32,000 nucleotides of DNA from Cylindrospermopsis raciborskii Cr2010. Its GTDB lineage: Bacteria; Cyanobacteriota; Cyanobacteriia; Cyanobacteriales; Nostocaceae. A program made the translations under genes and the position numbers. Shown piece after piece: positions 28,128-32,000 of the stretch. The notes under the pieces are model-generated. The model was not told the DNA's origin, did no database searches, and saw nothing but the letters and a program-made list of their open reading frames with translations. The stretch is from the NCBI RefSeq assembly GCF_003367075.2, contig NZ_CP065936.1, forward strand, positions 1,080,001 through 1,112,000, in the 5' to 3' direction. Position 1 is the stretch's first letter, and the number at the start of each line of letters is the position of its first letter.

Positions 28128-28187
28128 ATACAAACGGCTTTTGTTAATGCCGACTTAAATGGTGCAGCAAATATTTTAGGCGATTTT
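28128..28187 (+). pseudogene. Possible TnpB (IS200/IS605 OrfB) C-terminal relic
   Basis: FGIQTAFVNADLNGAANILGDF, read in frame with the downstream gene, resembles the (I/V)NADxNGAxNIL tail of TnpB. Confidence 0.5.
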
Positions 28188-28190
28188 ACT

Positions 28191-29324
28191 ATGGAACTAA
28201 GTGCAGCAAATATAGCAGAATATTGGCGGAAACGACTCGCTGCTGAGTCTCCTGAAAACAGTGATGACGCTAGAAATAGTATTATGCTTTGGCTTTTGGG
28301 GTCGGACTTAACCAGATTTGCAGGGTTCACACCCAAAGAATTGGAGATTGCTCAAAAGGCTATGGAATATCGCTGGCGAGTTCTACGACAGCGATATTTA
28401 GGTGTGGGAAGGGAACAGGCCTATCGTAATTTGATGGTTCGCTTGGCAAGTGTTACCACAATTAGAAATAAAATTCAAACCTGGGTCTCTTTAAGTCGCG
28501 ATCGCCAGCGTAGTGTGATAGATGTACTGCAAGAGGTAATTCAGGAAATGCTGCAAAGTGATTCTTATATGCAGCAGCAAATGAGTCTAATTGCCGACGC
28601 AACTGGGGATAAAAGGTTACGAGACATGTTATTATTTGCCAGCTTAGAAGAATACTGTTTACGACCTGTGCGTAATCAACCTTTATTGACACATCGGTTT
28701 GTCAATTATTTACGCCGCATTCAGCGAGGGGGATTGACTCAAATTCCAGGTAAGGACGTGATTAGACTGGTTTCTGACGAAATATTAACAGAAGATACGG
28801 AAAGCAACTTAAATCTTTTAGATGACGAAGCGATCGCCCAGTATCAGGAGGCGCAAAAGGTAGAGGAGCAACAATTGTTACGTCAGGAAGTGCAAGAGAA
28901 ATTTGAGGAATACCTATTAGAGAAGCTGGGAGAAACAGCGGTGGAGTGGTTGAGGTTATATTTAGAGGGTAAGAGTCAAGAGGAGATTGCTAAAAAGCTG
29001 AATCAGCCAATTAAGGAGTTATACAGATTAAGGGAGAAAATTAGTTACCATGCTGTTAAAGTTTTTGCCATCAAGGATAAACCGGAGTTGGTAGAGAATT
29101 GGTTATCAACGTCTTTAAAGGAAGATGGTTTAGGTTTAACGCCAAAACAATGGGAGCAGCTGAGGGAGAAGATAAGTCCCCTAGGTAGGGAGATTCTTGA
29201 TAGAAGGAAAGGGGGGGATTCTCTAGCGGGAATAGGGGAGAAATTAGAGTTGAAGACCCATAAAGTGATAGGTGAGTGGACAAAAGTTTATTTAGTAGCT
29301 CAGAATTTAAGGGCCCAAAATTAA
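28191..29324 (+). CDS. Conserved cyanobacterial protein with a C-terminal sigma-like/HTH region (HetZ-related family suspected, not certain)
   Basis: MELSAANIAEYWRKRLAAESPE...LLGSDLTRFAGFTPKELEIAQKAMEYRWRVLRQRYLG...WLRLYLEGKSQEEIAKKLNQPIKELYRLREKISYHAVKVFAIKDKPELVENWL. The ORF extends to 28098; the ATG at 28191 looks native. Confidence 0.75.
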   Translation: MELSAANIAEYWRKRLAAESPENSDDARNSIMLWLLGSDLTRFAGFTPKELEIAQKAMEYRWRVLRQRYLGVGREQAYRNLMVRLASVTTIRNKIQTWVSLSRDRQRSVIDVLQEVIQEMLQSDSYMQQQMSLIADATGDKRLRDMLLFASLEEYCLRPVRNQPLLTHRFVNYLRRIQRGGLTQIPGKDVIRLVSDEILTEDTESNLNLLDDEAIAQYQEAQKVEEQQLLRQEVQEKFEEYLLEKLGETAVEWLRLYLEGKSQEEIAKKLNQPIKELYRLREKISYHAVKVFAIKDKPELVENWLSTSLKEDGLGLTPKQWEQLREKISPLGREILDRRKGGDSLAGIGEKLELKTHKVIGEWTKVYLVAQNLRAQN

Positions 29325-29334
29325 TTTGATGACC

Positions 29335-29467
29335 TAGGTTGGGTTGAGAAAACCCAAAAAATCAACGGGGATCTCAATAACAAATCTGACCCAAAAACTA
29401 TTTGAATCCATATCTACTCATATCCAACTTGATGAGGTAGGTTGGGTTGAGGAGCGAAACCCAACAA
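29335..29467 (+). repeat. Two REP-like palindromes with about 105-bp spacing on the 3' side of the RAYT gene
   Basis: taggttgggttgagaaaacccaa (29335 on) and gtaggttgggttgaggagcgaaacccaac (29439-29467); each is followed by a homologous segment (ctcaataacaaatct...atttgaatccatatctactcat). Confidence 0.85.
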
Positions 29468-29520
29468 ACCAACAGGTAGCTCAATAACAAATCTAACCCA
29501 CGAACCATTTGAATCCATAT

Positions 29521-30063
29521 CTACTCATGCCCAATATGACCACCAAAAACATGCCTTTCTTCCGCTCCCCACATAACATCATAAAATCCCGCTTGAACAT
29601 AACGATGAAAACTTGAATACTGCCAATCTTTTGGTGCATTTACCAATCCATGACGAACCGGATTATAGTGAATATACTCGACATGATTAATAAAATCTCG
29701 ATCATCCCGAATTTGATGCTCCCAAAAGCGACGTTGCCAAATTGGCTTTTCACCTTTTTGCTCCTGAGATAAAGTCATTGTTCCCTGACAAGAAACCTGA
29801 CATTTACGACTAAAATAACTTTTAATTAATCGCCAACGAGTCGAAAAATCCCCATCATTTTCAGGTAATGTCCAAAGACAATGAAGATGCTCAGGCAAAA
29901 TAACGATCGCATCAATTTTAAATTGGTAGTTTTTCATCACATATCGAAACGCTTCCCTTAGTAAATCTATATTTTCCGATTTACCTAAAATGGGACGACG
30001 ACAATAAGTAACAAGAGTGAAAAAATAGGTCGCCCCTGGTGTCTTTGCTCGACGATATTCCAT
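29521..30063 (-). CDS. REP-associated tyrosine transposase (RAYT; TnpA_REP, Y1/HUH type)
   Basis: 180 aa from MEYRRAKTPGATYFFTLVTYCRRPIL; HUH motif in VILPEHLHCLWTLP, tyrosine region HVEYIHYNPVRHGLV; C-terminal WQYSSFHRYVQAG. The auto-ORF start at 30105 reads into repeat sequence. Confidence 0.93.
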   Translation of the reverse strand: MEYRRAKTPGATYFFTLVTYCRRPILGKSENIDLLREAFRYVMKNYQFKIDAIVILPEHLHCLWTLPENDGDFSTRWRLIKSYFSRKCQVSCQGTMTLSQEQKGEKPIWQRRFWEHQIRDDRDFINHVEYIHYNPVRHGLVNAPKDWQYSSFHRYVQAGFYDVMWGAEERHVFGGHIGHE

Positions 30064-30090
30064 ATTATAATTAATGAAACAGAAAAGGAT

Positions 30091-30145
30091 AACCCAACAA
30101 ACCAACAGAGAGAAAAACAGATACCCTTAAAACATTATATAATCC
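30091..30145 (+). repeat. Truncated REP right arm plus short-unit sequence abutting the RAYT 5' end
   Basis: aacccaacaaaccaacagagagaaaaacagatacccttaaaacattatataatcc, the same sequence as the 73-bp array units but lacking the GTAGGTTGGGTTG left arm. Confidence 0.85.
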
Positions 30146-32000
30146 CGTAGGTTGGGTTGAGGAACGAAACCCAACAAACCCCACTGTTAATTATAGTCCA
30201 TGTGAACTCCTTGTATTATAGGGTGAGCGGTTTGATTTTACTTCCAGCGATCGCCTGTTTTTAAAAATATTTACCGTAGGTTGGGTTGAGGAACGAAACC
30301 CAACAAACCCCACTGTTAATTATAGTCCATGTGAACTCCTTGTATTATAGGGTGGGCGGTTTGATTTTACTTCCAGCGATCGCCTGTTTTTAAAAACATT
30401 TACCGTAGGTTGGATTGAGAAAACCCAACAAACCCCACTGTTAATTATAGTCCATGTGAACTCCTTGTATTATAGGGTGGGCGGTTTGATTTTACTTCCA
30501 GCGATCGCCTGTTTTTAAAAACATTTACCGTAGGTTGGATTGAGAAAACCCAACAAACCCCACTGTTAATTATAGTTTATGTGAACTCCTTGTCTTATAG
30601 GGTGAGCGGTTTGATTTTACTTCCAGCGATCGCCTGTTTTTAAAAACATTTACCGTAGGTTGGATTAAGAAAACCCAACAAACCAACAGAGAGAAAAACA
30701 GATACCCTTAAAACATCATATAATCCCGTAGGTTGGGTTGAGGAACGAAACCCAACAAACCCCACTGTTAATCATAGTCTATGTGAACTCCTTGTATTAT
30801 AGGGTGGGCGGTTTGATTTTACTTCCAGCGATCGCCTGTTTTTAAAAACATTTACCGTAGGTTGGATTGAGAAAACCCAACAAACCCCACTGTTAATTAT
30901 AGTCCATGTGAACTCCTTGTATTATAGGGTGGGCGGTTTGATTTTACTTCCAGCGATCGCCTGTTTTTAAAAACATTTACCGTAGGTTGGGTTGAGGAAC
31001 GAAACCCAACAAACCAACAGATACCCTTAAAACATTATATAATCCCGTAGGTTAGATTGAGAAAACCCAACAAACCTCACCGTTAATTATAGTCTATGTG
31101 AACTCCTTGTCTTATAGGGTGGGCGGTTTGATTTTACTTCCAGCGATCGCCTGTTTTTAAAAACATTTACCGTAGGTTGGATTGAGAAAACCCAACAAAC
31201 CCCACTGTTAATTATAGTTTATGTGAACTCCTTGTCTTATAGGGTGAGCGGTTTGATTTTACTTCCAGCGATCGCCTGTTTTTAAAAACATTTACCGTAG
31301 GTTGGATTAAGAAAACCCAACAAACCAACAGAGAGAAAAACAGATACCCTTAAAACATCATATAATCCCGTAGGTTGGGTTGAGGAACGAAACCCAACAA
31401 ACCCCACTGTTAATCATAGTCTATGTGAACTCCTTGTCTTATAGGGTGATCGGTTTGATTTTACTTCCAGCGATCGCCTGTTTTTAAAAACATTTACCGT
31501 AGGTTGGATTGAGAAAACCCAACAAACCCCACTGTTAATTATAGTTTATGTGAACTCCTTGTCTTATAGGGTGATCGGTTTGATTTTACTTCCAGCGATC
31601 GCCTGTTTTTAAAAACATTTACCGTAGGTTGGATTGAGAAAACCCAACAAACCCCACTGTTAATTATAGTTTATGTGAACTCCTTGTATTATAGGGTGGG
31701 CGGTTTGATTTTACTTCCAGCGATCGCCTGTTTTTAAAAACATTTACCGTAGGTTGGGTTGAGAAAACCTAACAAACCCCACTGTTAATTATAGTCCATG
31801 TGAACTCCTTGTCTTATAGGGTGGGCGGTTTGATTTTACTTCCAGCGATCGCCTGTTTTTAAAAACATTTACCGTAGGTTGGGTTGAGGAACGAAACCCA
31901 ACAAACCAACAGATACCCTTAAAACATTATATAATCCCATAGGTTAGATTGAGAAAACCCAACAAACCTCACCGTTAATTATAGTCTATGTGAACTCCTT
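30146..32000 (+). repeat. Tandem REP/BIME-like array of 16 complete units plus a partial 17th, continuing beyond the window
   Basis: Unit starts at 30146, 30275, 30404, 30529, 30654, 30727, 30856, 30981, 31046, 31171, 31296, 31369, 31498, 31623, 31748, 31873, 31938. Long units are 125 or 129 bp, short units 73 or 65 bp; all carry the (C)GTAGGTTRGRTT...AAACCCAAC head. Confidence 0.95.

Noticed and set aside
30146-32000. Terminal array considered as a CRISPR array
   Set aside because: Period of 125/129/65/73 bp with conserved bodies between heads, no unique spacers, and an adjacent RAYT gene instead of cas genes.

Overview
Cyanobacterial chromosomal segment. The basis is GCGATCGC (HIP1) octamers, an ndhD/ccmK gene complement, and similarity I recognise to filamentous N2-fixing lineages. 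Housekeeping genes fill about 1-12.6 kb: thrS 3' end, ndhD, an RND-efflux relic, thrB, mgtE, pyrB, pheT, a YciI-like gene, and an NTP-transferase fused to a degenerate phosphohexomutase domain. These are followed by an AbiEi-like/AbiEii toxin-antitoxin pair and an orphan IS630-type helix-turn-helix protein. Next comes a three-gene type-1/PCAT-like export operon (cNMP-binding + C39 peptidase ABC transporter, HlyD-type adaptor, PpiC-type isomerase). It is convergent with a giant SBBP/Calx-beta/DUF4114 protein whose 5' side carries a ~1.0 kb IS5-like insertion. Then come a putative PD-(D/E)XK-fold protein, ccmK3-ccmK4, a conserved regulatory-looking gene with a TnpB-like C-terminal relic at its 5' edge, and a REP-associated tyrosine transposase (RAYT) next to a >1.85 kb tandem array. 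The most interesting signal is that last pair. The array is built from GTAG-headed palindromes (GTAG-GTTGGGTT-loop-AACCCAAC), in 125/129-bp long units carrying HIP1 and a second palindrome, alternating with 65/73-bp short units that match the RAYT 5' flank. It shows higher-order duplications and runs off the window end. Related REP/BIME-like elements are dispersed in the window and bracket the export operon.
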